Below, one piece after another: positions 8,864 through 16,691 of a DNA stretch of 27,846 nt. This DNA is from a bacterium. Lineage in GTDB: Bacteria > Patescibacteriota > UBA1384 > XYA2-FULL-43-10 > 1-14-0-10-43-13. Location of the stretch: positions 1 to 27,846 of the forward strand of contig JAUSKR010000006.1 in assembly GCA_030649445.1 (NCBI GenBank). Reading direction: 5' to 3'. The translations under genes and the position numbers were made by a program. Under the pieces are notes generated by a model that worked only from the letters and a program-made list of their open reading frames with translations, was not told the DNA's origin and searched no databases. The stretch's first letter is position 1, and every line of letters begins with the position of its first letter.

Positions 8864-9467
8864 GTTTTCCCAATAATCTTCTTTCATCCTCAATAAAAAC
8901 TTTGAATTTGTTGAACGGTTCAAGCAATTTTGACATTGATTTCTTGTTTGGAATAATAATCTTATGCAATTTGCCGTTCTCTTCTAGAAACTGATGTAAG
9001 CAAGTGAAGTCTCCATCACCAGAAGCTATAACAGCTTTGTCATAGTTTTTATACTCAATTGCGACACAATGTAAAACTAATTCGGCGTCAACGTTACCTT
9101 TCGGCTTGCCAAAGCTGTCCTTGACTGTTTTTTTATAGATTAAATCATACCCAGATCGCGATAAATACGAGTAAAGCTCTTTATTCTCACTGATGTAGCC
9201 GATGAACAAAAAAGCTTTCGAGACCCGGAACTTATCCTCGAGATAAACCCTGAATTTTCTAAAATCCAATTCCCAGCCATGATAGATCTTTTTATTGTGC
9301 CTGATAATGTCCTTCTTCGTTCCCAAATTCAAATTCTGGCTATCAATAAAAGCATAGACAATGTCTTTGTGTTTGGTTCCTCTCCTTTGCAAGGAGAGGT
9401 CAGAGCCTGCCCTGAGCGAAGCAGGGCGAAGTCGAATAGGTGAGGTTTTTTTCTTTTGTGCTGGCAT
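8838..9467 (-). CDS. NYN domain (LabA/DUF88, PIN-like) putative RNase; ORF track start 9554, likelier ATG 9467
   Basis: YAFIDSQNL, KGNVDAELVL, VIASGDGDF motifs. Confidence 0.88.
   Translation of the reverse strand: MPAQKKKTSPIRLRPASLRAGSDLSLQRRGTKHKDIVYAFIDSQNLNLGTKKDIIRHNKKIYHGWELDFRKFRVYLEDKFRVSKAFLFIGYISENKELYSYLSRSGYDLIYKKTVKDSFGKPKGNVDAELVLHCVAIEYKNYDKAVIASGDGDFTCLHQFLEENGKLHKIIIPNKKSMSKLLEPFNKFKVFIEDERRLLGKQKGRRALI
9378..9445 (-). repeat. Nested REP-like palindromic elements inside the NYN 5' coding region
   Basis: CCTCACC...ACCTCTCCTTGCAAAGGAGAGG matches the repeat at 25541 but is split by a 36-nt TTCGACTTCGC..CTCAGGGCAGG hairpin. Confidence 0.7.
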
Positions 9468-9470
9468 TAT

Positions 9471-9510
9471 TTGTAAACAAAATAAATTGATTTGTAAACT
9501 AATTGTAAAC
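9471..9510 (-). promoter_or_regulatory. Three GTTTACAA direct repeats upstream of NYN
   Basis: TTGTAAAC on + at 9471, 9492 and 9503 (21 and 11 bp spacing). Confidence 0.45.
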
Positions 9511-9611
9511 TGATTATTACTGGGATTGTGGATAAATTTATTAAACACCGGCATTCCCGGCGATTTTATCGGGATCTTATGCTCGAAATGTGGATTTTGA
9601 AATTTGAAGGG

Positions 9612-10541
9612 CTAGACCTCAATTCCAAGCAAATATGTCATTAAGGCTAGGCAAATTTCCGTGTGCAGTTCCTTTTTTGAATAAATTGCTCTCGGATCGC
9701 TATCGACGGCTGTGTCAATTTCAAATATCCGAGGTGTAATCATTTCCAGAAAAGCGTCTGGCCGAAGCTTTTTCATATGTTCTGTTGTGATCGGCTTATA
9801 GCTCTTGAGAATTAATTCCTCTTTCTCTTTTGGAAACATATTCTCCGGAATAATCCCTTTCTGAAGCCCTCGCGTCACAATCAAAATGTCAACATCGCCG
9901 ATAAAGTCGTCGACTTTGCCATATTTCAGCTCAGCCAATCCATTGGCTTTTGCCAAATCTTCGACCTCCTTTGGCAATGGAAAATGGCCGAGGTCATCAA
10001 TGATCAATTTGGTCTGATACAAGCCCAAGATAGGCACATATGCCTTACAGACCCGGTTAATTTCCGGCGTCCCGTAAATGCCGACTTTCAAGCCTTCCAA
10101 CTTGCCAAGATAGTGACGCATATTCATCAGCATCATCAAGGTGCCGACGGCATGCTCGCGTGAGCCACAGCCACAATTCATAACCGGAACTCGAGAGACT
10201 TCTGCCGCTCTTTCAGCTGCATCATCGTCACCATGTCGTAAAGCAATCGCATCGCAATATCCACCATAAGTCCGGATTGTGTCTTCGAGACTCTCACCTT
10301 TGGCCATTGATATTCCGTCCGTACCAGTGACACCAATCCAGCCACCGCCGGCTCTAAGCAGAGCTGATTGGAATCCATTCATCGTCCGAGTTGACGGCTG
10401 GAAAAAGAGCGTCGAAACAATTTTTCCTCGCATCAAATCAGGTGAGATACCTTCTGTTAGAAATTTCTCCCCTCGAGTTACAATCTCATCAAAGTCTGAT
10501 TTAGTAAAATCTTTTGTCGAAACCAAATGTTTGACTGACAT
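9612..10541 (-). CDS. Divergent aspartate/ornithine carbamoyltransferase-family protein (PyrB-like)
   Basis: FFQPSTRT, KGESLEDT, IALRH, NRV, VTRGLQK; HPTQ replaced by HAVG and HPLP by ITPR. Confidence 0.85.
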   Translation of the reverse strand: MSVKHLVSTKDFTKSDFDEIVTRGEKFLTEGISPDLMRGKIVSTLFFQPSTRTMNGFQSALLRAGGGWIGVTGTDGISMAKGESLEDTIRTYGGYCDAIALRHGDDDAAERAAEVSRVPVMNCGCGSREHAVGTLMMLMNMRHYLGKLEGLKVGIYGTPEINRVCKAYVPILGLYQTKLIIDDLGHFPLPKEVEDLAKANGLAELKYGKVDDFIGDVDILIVTRGLQKGIIPENMFPKEKEELILKSYKPITTEHMKKLRPDAFLEMITPRIFEIDTAVDSDPRAIYSKKELHTEICLALMTYLLGIEV

Positions 10542-11920
10542 TATGCCTCACTTTCTGGCTGATTGACAAAGTGTTGAGCAAAATTCGCATAAATTTCAGC
10601 TAAATCAACGGTTGAATTCGGATCAACCCGAAAATCCGGCGCGTGATGCGGACCGGTTGGGATGCCTTCAGCAGGATTTGCCCCACCAACCTGAACAAAA
10701 ACACCGTTTATTTGCCTACCGCGTAATAATTCAAGATAGGTCGAGAAATCTTCACCGGCAAACATGACCTGATCAGATTGAGGCGATAATTGGTAGTTAG
10801 GCAGAACCTCACTGGCCGCTTCTCTGACCATATGTACAAGTTCTGCGTCCCGATGGATAACCGGCCGATAGCCCTGACGAGGCACAACTTCGATGTCCTC
10901 TTTTCCAAGTCCGCTTCGAACCGCCTCTTCCTGAACAATAGTTCTGATCTGGTTTAAAGCATCTTTAGAAATTTCTCGGTAGAGGGGATCCGCAATCCTG
11001 ACCACCCAGGTGCTCTCTCCTTGAGCTGGTAAAACATTATAACCCTTGCCCGAAAATTCCGTTCGGCCGGAAGCAATCAGACCCTTTTTCTGCTCGTAAA
11101 TTGGCCGGAAAACTTCGTCAAGCCGAACTGTTAGGCGGGAAAAAATAACATTCAAATTTGGTATCTCATAAGCGTTCATTATATGCCCGCCTGAGGCATG
11201 TAGTTTTATCTCGATTTCGCCCGAGCTCGCCATATGAACGCCTTCTTTGACCCGAATCATTCCTCTCTCTATACTCCGAAATACGTGGAGCCCAAGGAAA
11301 GCCCCAATCTTATCGCGCCAGCCATTTTCCTCAAGGAATCTGACTATTTGGACTGCGCCACTTTCCTTTTGATGCGTCTTTTCCTCGCTCGGCTGAAAAA
11401 TTAGCAGAACATCTCCATCTAATTGGCCTTTTTGTGCTAACTCCTGCAACATTTTGGCGGCACCGAGAAGACTGGCTGTGTGAACATCATGACCGCAACC
11501 ATGCATTTTACCGTCAACGGCCGAACGAGGTTCATTCGTGCCAACTTCCTGGACGGGTAACGCGTCCATGTCTGCTCTTAAAGCGACAGTTTTGCCGTTG
11601 CCATTCCCTCGAATCAGTCCGACGACACCTGTGCCACGAAAATGATCTTCACCCTCACCAGTACTTAGGCCGATATTTTGTCCGATAACCTCAATCCCCA
11701 GACTTCGTAAATATTCCACAACTTTGCCGGCGGTTCGGACCTCTTCCCCACCAAGTTCCGGATTTTTATGAATATCTGTCTGAATATCGATCATCTCCGG
11801 TGCTAACTCAGCGGCTCTTTCGCGGATATAATTTGTAGCCTCCGCTTCTGCCGTCTCCACTTCGTGTTCATCGCTACGCTCAACGTCTCTTCCAAAATCT
11901 TCTGACCCTGTCTCTGTCAT
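10541..11920 (-). CDS. M20 family amidohydrolase (M20D/hippurate hydrolase-like)
   Basis: ALRADMDALP, MHGCGHDVH, IFQPSEE, GLHV, GEDFS, PHHAPDF. Confidence 0.92.
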   Translation of the reverse strand: MTETGSEDFGRDVERSDEHEVETAEAEATNYIRERAAELAPEMIDIQTDIHKNPELGGEEVRTAGKVVEYLRSLGIEVIGQNIGLSTGEGEDHFRGTGVVGLIRGNGNGKTVALRADMDALPVQEVGTNEPRSAVDGKMHGCGHDVHTASLLGAAKMLQELAQKGQLDGDVLLIFQPSEEKTHQKESGAVQIVRFLEENGWRDKIGAFLGLHVFRSIERGMIRVKEGVHMASSGEIEIKLHASGGHIMNAYEIPNLNVIFSRLTVRLDEVFRPIYEQKKGLIASGRTEFSGKGYNVLPAQGESTWVVRIADPLYREISKDALNQIRTIVQEEAVRSGLGKEDIEVVPRQGYRPVIHRDAELVHMVREAASEVLPNYQLSPQSDQVMFAGEDFSTYLELLRGRQINGVFVQVGGANPAEGIPTGPHHAPDFRVDPNSTVDLAEIYANFAQHFVNQPESEA

Positions 11921-11962
11921 AGATTCTCCTTCCTGACTCTTAATAAAATTAATAGAACTTAT

Positions 11963-13345
11963 TCATTTTATTTTAATGACAGTGCCCTTGTCCGCATCCA
12001 CTTCGATTATATCACCATCTTTTAAGACTTGTGTGGCGGTTTTGGTGCCGATGATGCAGGGAATGCCAAGCTCGCGGGCAACGATAGCGGCGTGGCAGGT
12101 GATGCCGCCTTCGTCGGTGACAATAGCACTGGATTTTTTCATAATCGGCAGAAATTCCGGATGAGTCATTGTTGTAACTAATATATCGCCTTCCTTAAAT
12201 TTAGCAAATTCACCCTGATGGTAAATGATCGAAACTTTTCCGGTTGCGACACCTCGGCTGGCGATCATGCCCCGGAGATCCGAGCTTGATTCCGGCAACA
12301 TTTTATTGCCCATCTCGACTGCTGACTGGCCTGAAAAAATTTCCAATTTGCCATCATTTAAAATGTAAGCAAACGATTCTTGACGAGCCGCGAGCTCTTC
12401 TTTGCCGATGACAGATTTACTCGCTGATATCGATGCCAGCACCTCGTCAAGAGACAAAAAATTAATCTCGTCGAAGCTCAGTCCAATAACTGAAGCCAGT
12501 TTTGTCAAAAATGGCTGTAGTATCCAGTAGGCTCTACGGCGATAATCGTCTCGCATTTCCTTGAGATAGGAAAAGTAATGGACAATCTCGACCAGTTTTT
12601 TGAAATCATTGTCTTCTATTGTGTCCAAATACTTTCGATATGCTGCTAAATTTTCACTTTGGCTTTTTTCGGCTCGCGATAGTTCGTCTTCTGGGTTTTT
12701 AATTTGCTCGTATTGCTCCAGAAAATCACCCTCTGTCCACGGCTTATCAAGCGGCTCATAGACTGGAATCCAAGCGTATTTTGTGGCATAATAATTCAAT
12801 TTGCTTCTGTCTTTTTCCGCCGCGATTTTTAATAGTTCGAGGTGAGCCCGAGTAATCTGCGTGTGTTTATATGGAGTCGTAATAATTTGCATCAACTTTT
12901 CGCCTTCAGGCGTGATTGACAGCTTATCCTCTAGCTCAGTAGCTGGACCCAGCAAGACCGCAAATGCATAAAACTGGTAAGTGGCTGAGTAAATAATTTC
13001 GTCTTTTAATCTATTGAGCAGGGTGCGAAGACCATCTCTGTCTAAATCATCGGGGTTGATATTTTTAATATTCTCAGCAAACAAAAGTAGCTTTTCTATC
13101 TCTTTCTCATATGCGACCGAGTACTCTGCCATATCCTGTTTTCGAAGAAAATTTTCGTAGTTTTTAACTAAAGCATCAATCTCTGACTTCTCGCAATAGT
13201 AAGCCATCAAATTGCCTTCCGGCACGAATAGTTTATTGCCGCAATAGCCAAACTGCCGGTCTTTGACAAAGAACATCATAAAAGCCGATGCCACAAACGG
13301 CGAATATTTCCGTGCCCACAGGCGTTCCCATTTCATTTCTGTCAT
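11963..13345 (-). CDS. Variable N-terminal domain + His-swivel (paralog 4)
   Basis: VTDEGGITCHAAIVARELGIPCIIGT. Confidence 0.9.
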   Translation of the reverse strand: MTEMKWERLWARKYSPFVASAFMMFFVKDRQFGYCGNKLFVPEGNLMAYYCEKSEIDALVKNYENFLRKQDMAEYSVAYEKEIEKLLLFAENIKNINPDDLDRDGLRTLLNRLKDEIIYSATYQFYAFAVLLGPATELEDKLSITPEGEKLMQIITTPYKHTQITRAHLELLKIAAEKDRSKLNYYATKYAWIPVYEPLDKPWTEGDFLEQYEQIKNPEDELSRAEKSQSENLAAYRKYLDTIEDNDFKKLVEIVHYFSYLKEMRDDYRRRAYWILQPFLTKLASVIGLSFDEINFLSLDEVLASISASKSVIGKEELAARQESFAYILNDGKLEIFSGQSAVEMGNKMLPESSSDLRGMIASRGVATGKVSIIYHQGEFAKFKEGDILVTTMTHPEFLPIMKKSSAIVTDEGGITCHAAIVARELGIPCIIGTKTATQVLKDGDIIEVDADKGTVIKIK

Positions 13346-14799
13346 ATTTTCCTCACAGTTCCTTTATCTGAATCGACTTCAACCATGTCGCCGTTTTTGA
13401 ACACCTGCGTTGCTGTTTTTGTACCAACGACACATGGAATACCAAATTCTCGGCTGACAATAGCAGCGTGTGACAGCATCCCACCCTCATTTGTCACAAT
13501 TGCCGCCGCTTTTTTCATCAGCGGCAGATAGTCGGGCCGAGTTGCACTCGCGACTAAAATGTTGCCGTCCTTAAATAATCCGAAATCTCGATTACTCAGA
13601 ACAACCGAAACAGGCGCGGTCACTTTGCCCGGATTGACTCCAAATCCTTTTATCTCAACCACTTCTTTTCTCTCCAGTATAGTACTGATAGCACCAACAA
13701 CCTCTGGGTCTGAAATAATATTTATCTTGTTATCGGCGCAGTAAAAGACTGAATTAGTGACTCTCTGCCTAATCTCTGCCAGGATTAGAACGGAGTTACC
13801 CTCCAAAAGCTCGGCGATCTCCTCCGCCGTCAGAAACAAAACTTCATCGAGAGTCAGGTTCGTTCGACGAGATATCTCTTTAAATAAAGGCTGGATCAAA
13901 TAGTTGGCCGTGTCTCTGGTATATGGTTTCTGTTCCTTTAGGAAGGGGAAACGAGAATAGATATCTAGTAGATTGTAAAATTTTTTGTCTTTGCGATATT
14001 TCCAGATGATCTGTTTCGTCTCACGGGAGTGATATTTTTTTTCAAGCTCCGCTATCTCCTGTTTGATTTCAGCTCGAGTTTTGGACACGATAATTTGAGC
14101 CAATTCATCTCGAAAATATTCGAGCGAGTGAGATGCGTAGTTAATATCGTACATCGGCATATAAGCAAACTTAGCATGGTGTTTTCCCAGTGCCTTCTGA
14201 CGCTTGCCCTCAGGCAAGAACGCGATTTTCAACATGGAAAAGTGTTCGCGGTCGAGAGCAATCATTTTGTGAGGACGAGACAAGGATCGAAGATTGGCTT
14301 CAACCTCCGGCTTCGAAAGACAGTAATTGTCTGTAAAAATTTCGATAACTGTCTTTGTCAGCGTCTCTTCAAAATGATTGTAGATAATCCAATACGATCC
14401 TTCGACGATCCGATCTAAATCATAAAATTTTTGTAAAAATTCAACCAAGACTCGATTCGAGTATTTAGCATAATTTTTCGGCAATTTCCTGATCTGTCCT
14501 AGATACCGTTCAAAGCTTCGCTCGACGGCATTACTCAATGCGGACAACCAATGATTTGAGTGATTGCTAAGCAATAGTTTTTTGATCGCACTCTTTATCT
14601 CCTCGAGATCGGCGCTATCGTGCCACTGCGAGAAATCCCCGTTCACATTTCGATACAAGATCGGAAGTTCACCGGCGATCTTAAATATTCGCTTGAACTC
14701 ACCAGTCAAACCAAAATAATACAGCCTGACCTTCTGATAGGTCATCCGTCTCGTCCCCTCGAATTTCCAATTCAATTTTTTAATCTCTTCGATGTTCAT
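13342..14799 (-). CDS. Variable N-terminal domain + His-swivel (paralog 5)
   Basis: VTNEGGMLSHAAIVSREFGIPCVVGT; ATGA overlaps at both ends. Confidence 0.9.
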   Translation of the reverse strand: MNIEEIKKLNWKFEGTRRMTYQKVRLYYFGLTGEFKRIFKIAGELPILYRNVNGDFSQWHDSADLEEIKSAIKKLLLSNHSNHWLSALSNAVERSFERYLGQIRKLPKNYAKYSNRVLVEFLQKFYDLDRIVEGSYWIIYNHFEETLTKTVIEIFTDNYCLSKPEVEANLRSLSRPHKMIALDREHFSMLKIAFLPEGKRQKALGKHHAKFAYMPMYDINYASHSLEYFRDELAQIIVSKTRAEIKQEIAELEKKYHSRETKQIIWKYRKDKKFYNLLDIYSRFPFLKEQKPYTRDTANYLIQPLFKEISRRTNLTLDEVLFLTAEEIAELLEGNSVLILAEIRQRVTNSVFYCADNKINIISDPEVVGAISTILERKEVVEIKGFGVNPGKVTAPVSVVLSNRDFGLFKDGNILVASATRPDYLPLMKKAAAIVTNEGGMLSHAAIVSREFGIPCVVGTKTATQVFKNGDMVEVDSDKGTVRKI

Positions 14800-16127
14800 T
14801 TGATAATCTTGACAATCCCCTTATCCGCATCGACTTCGACCATATCACCGTCCTTCAAAATTTTGGTCGCGTTTTTGGTGCCTACTACGCAAGGTTTTTT
14901 CATCTCTCTGGCGATGATCGCGGCGTGACAGGTGATCCCACCCTCGTCCGTGACAAAAGCCGCCGCTTTTTGCATTGCCGAGATAAATGACGGAAACGTC
15001 ATCTGCGCCACCAAAATATCGCCTTTTTTAACTTTATCCAGCTCTGTAGAATGAGTTACGACCTTGGCAATACCCCTAGCTTTTCCGCTATAAGCGATCT
15101 TACCCTTAATTTTATCAGAAGAAACCTGAACAAGATCAGGAATTAAAACTTCGTTGGAGATAATGTAATCATCACCTAGAGAGGCATAGCAAAAATTCCG
15201 CTCATATCTCCGTGGCTGTCCAAACATAATTGAGTTTGCGTCATACGACGCCAATTCCTTGAAAGTAACGCCGACATGACCCGCCACTTCTTCCAGAAAC
15301 GGTCTGGCAAGACCAAAAAATTCATAGAGTTTATCGGTCCGGTCGGTCCGGAAAAATGTTAACTCCTGCAATTCTGTCGCTAGATCCTGCAGCTCGACGG
15401 GGATTTTGACTTCAATCTTATGTGGTTTCGTATGATTCTTCCTAATTTCCTCAAGCTCATCGATGGTATAGAAATCAGTAAAGCCGTCTCTTGATTTCAT
15501 CCAGCCAAATTTCTGCTGAATCTCCGTGAGATCAGTACCATTTTCAAGCTCGTCCTGCATCAAGGTGTAGGCGTTTTTCTTCTTTGGCACGCTTATATCG
15601 CCAACAAATTTATCGATATCACCACTAAAATATTTAGGTACTTCATGCTCGACTCGTTCAGTAAAATGCGCTTCAAGTGGAATATTTATCCAGAGAAAAA
15701 CAGTGTAATTGCATGACAAATCTGAAAAGGCAAGCAATCTTTCAGAGATAGGATTATGATGGTCTTGCGTCAATTCACGCAGTTTTTTCAAATTATCTTC
15801 TTGCATCCGATCTAGAAGTCTGGTTACATCCGCCATTTTGTGAGTTTGAAAAAAATCGGCAAAATAGGATTTGCCATGTTCGGCAAACTTTTCATCGTAA
15901 TAAAGATCGGGGTGAGAATAAAAGTGATCGTCCGCTCCGATACCAGGAAATCCGTTCCGGCTAAAAAATTCCCCGTTTACCCCGCGCCAATGGCTTGTCA
16001 CCATAAAAACAGTTTGAGGCCGGTTGACCCAAGATTTCCACTTAATTTGTTTAATTTGTTCGATAAAATTAACCCTCTCGCTCTCTGGGATGAATCGAAA
16101 TTTATTTTGTATTTCAGTCTTAAGCAT
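14796..16127 (-). CDS. Variable N-terminal domain + His-swivel (paralog 6); ORF track extends to a TTG at 16160
   Basis: VTDEGGITCHAAIIAREMKKPCVVGT; ATG at 16127 preceded by AAGGTG SD. Confidence 0.88.
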   Translation of the reverse strand: MLKTEIQNKFRFIPESERVNFIEQIKQIKWKSWVNRPQTVFMVTSHWRGVNGEFFSRNGFPGIGADDHFYSHPDLYYDEKFAEHGKSYFADFFQTHKMADVTRLLDRMQEDNLKKLRELTQDHHNPISERLLAFSDLSCNYTVFLWINIPLEAHFTERVEHEVPKYFSGDIDKFVGDISVPKKKNAYTLMQDELENGTDLTEIQQKFGWMKSRDGFTDFYTIDELEEIRKNHTKPHKIEVKIPVELQDLATELQELTFFRTDRTDKLYEFFGLARPFLEEVAGHVGVTFKELASYDANSIMFGQPRRYERNFCYASLGDDYIISNEVLIPDLVQVSSDKIKGKIAYSGKARGIAKVVTHSTELDKVKKGDILVAQMTFPSFISAMQKAAAFVTDEGGITCHAAIIAREMKKPCVVGTKNATKILKDGDMVEVDADKGIVKIIK

Positions 16128-16212
16128 AGTGTTCACCTTATCCACTAATAATAGCACCAAAACAGCATAATTTATACCTTATGCGCCCAATAAACAAGAC
16201 GCACGATCACTA

Positions 16213-16241
16213 TTGACTTTTTTAGATCATTATTGTATAAT
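16213..16241 (+). promoter_or_regulatory. Near-consensus sigma70 promoter, divergent from the dikinase block
   Basis: TTGACT-17 bp-TATAAT. Confidence 0.7.
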
Positions 16242-16256
16242 GCGTCCAGACTCTGA

Positions 16257-16373
16257 ATTCCGTACCCGCTGGCTGCGTCGGGTTACCAGGTCTTCGCCGT
16301 GGATCGCTACGGCAAGGTCACCTACCTCGGCCCGAACGAGCCCGAGGATATGCCGATCATCGGCGCGCCGTAA
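16257..16373 (+). pseudogene. 3' fragment of a foreign GC-rich gene (38 aa, no start)
   Basis: IPYPLAASGYQVFAVDRYGKVTYLGPNEPEDMPIIGAP*; nearly all third codon positions are G/C; followed by a hairpin. Confidence 0.55.
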
Positions 16374-16403
16374 GGCGCAGACAACTGGAACGGAGGGAGA
16401 TCA

Positions 16404-16444
16404 CGAGCGCGGAGTCCATCGGACACCGCGCTCGCTCTCGTTTT
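16404..16444 (+). terminator. GC-rich terminator-like hairpin after the gene fragment
   Basis: CGAGCGCGG...CCGCGCTCG followed by TTTT. Confidence 0.55.
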
Positions 16445-16478
16445 ATGGAGTAAATTAATCTGAATCATTATTAACAAG

Positions 16479-16507
16479 AAAAAATCAGGAATATTCCTGA
16501 TTTTTTT
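16479..16507. terminator. Bidirectional terminator-like hairpin
   Basis: AAAAAATCAGGA-atat-TCCTGATTTTTT. Confidence 0.6.
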
Positions 16508-16544
16508 GGTGGGACGCTTGGCGTCCCTGTAACCACGCTGAGCG

Positions 16545-16565
16545 TGGTGGGCGAAAGAGGACTTG
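16545..16565 (-). repeat. Direct repeat of the tRNA-Leu 3' end (att-like)
   Basis: TGGTGGGCGAAAGAGGACTTG identical to 16692..16712. Confidence 0.85.
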
Positions 16566-16660
16566 GTCACGCGTCGAAATCTGCTGATTGCGCGCTCGAC
16601 CCCGGCTCGGGCTACCCGCCCTCCGCCTTTCAAGTCCTCTCACTATCCCATTCACCAACT

Positions 16661-16690
16661 AAAAATACTGTCATGCGACAGTATTTTTTT
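16661..16690 (-). terminator. tRNA-Leu terminator
   Basis: AAAAATACTGTC-atgc-GACAGTATTTTT directly after the CCA end. Confidence 0.75.
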
Positions 16691-16691
16691 T

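Noticed and set aside
984-15000. Short + strand ORFs (984, 3970, 4478, 4921, 5299, 6078, 6334, 7526, 7663, 7894, 8148, 10279, 11434, 11976, 13559, 14029, 14620) and nested - ORFs
   Set aside because: Antisense or off-frame shadows of well-supported genes.
849-16127. Annotating the swivel genes as PEP synthase, PPDK or PTS enzyme I
   Set aside because: None has the C-terminal PEP/pyruvate-binding barrel; the His domain is C-terminal and the ATP-grasp is a separate gene.
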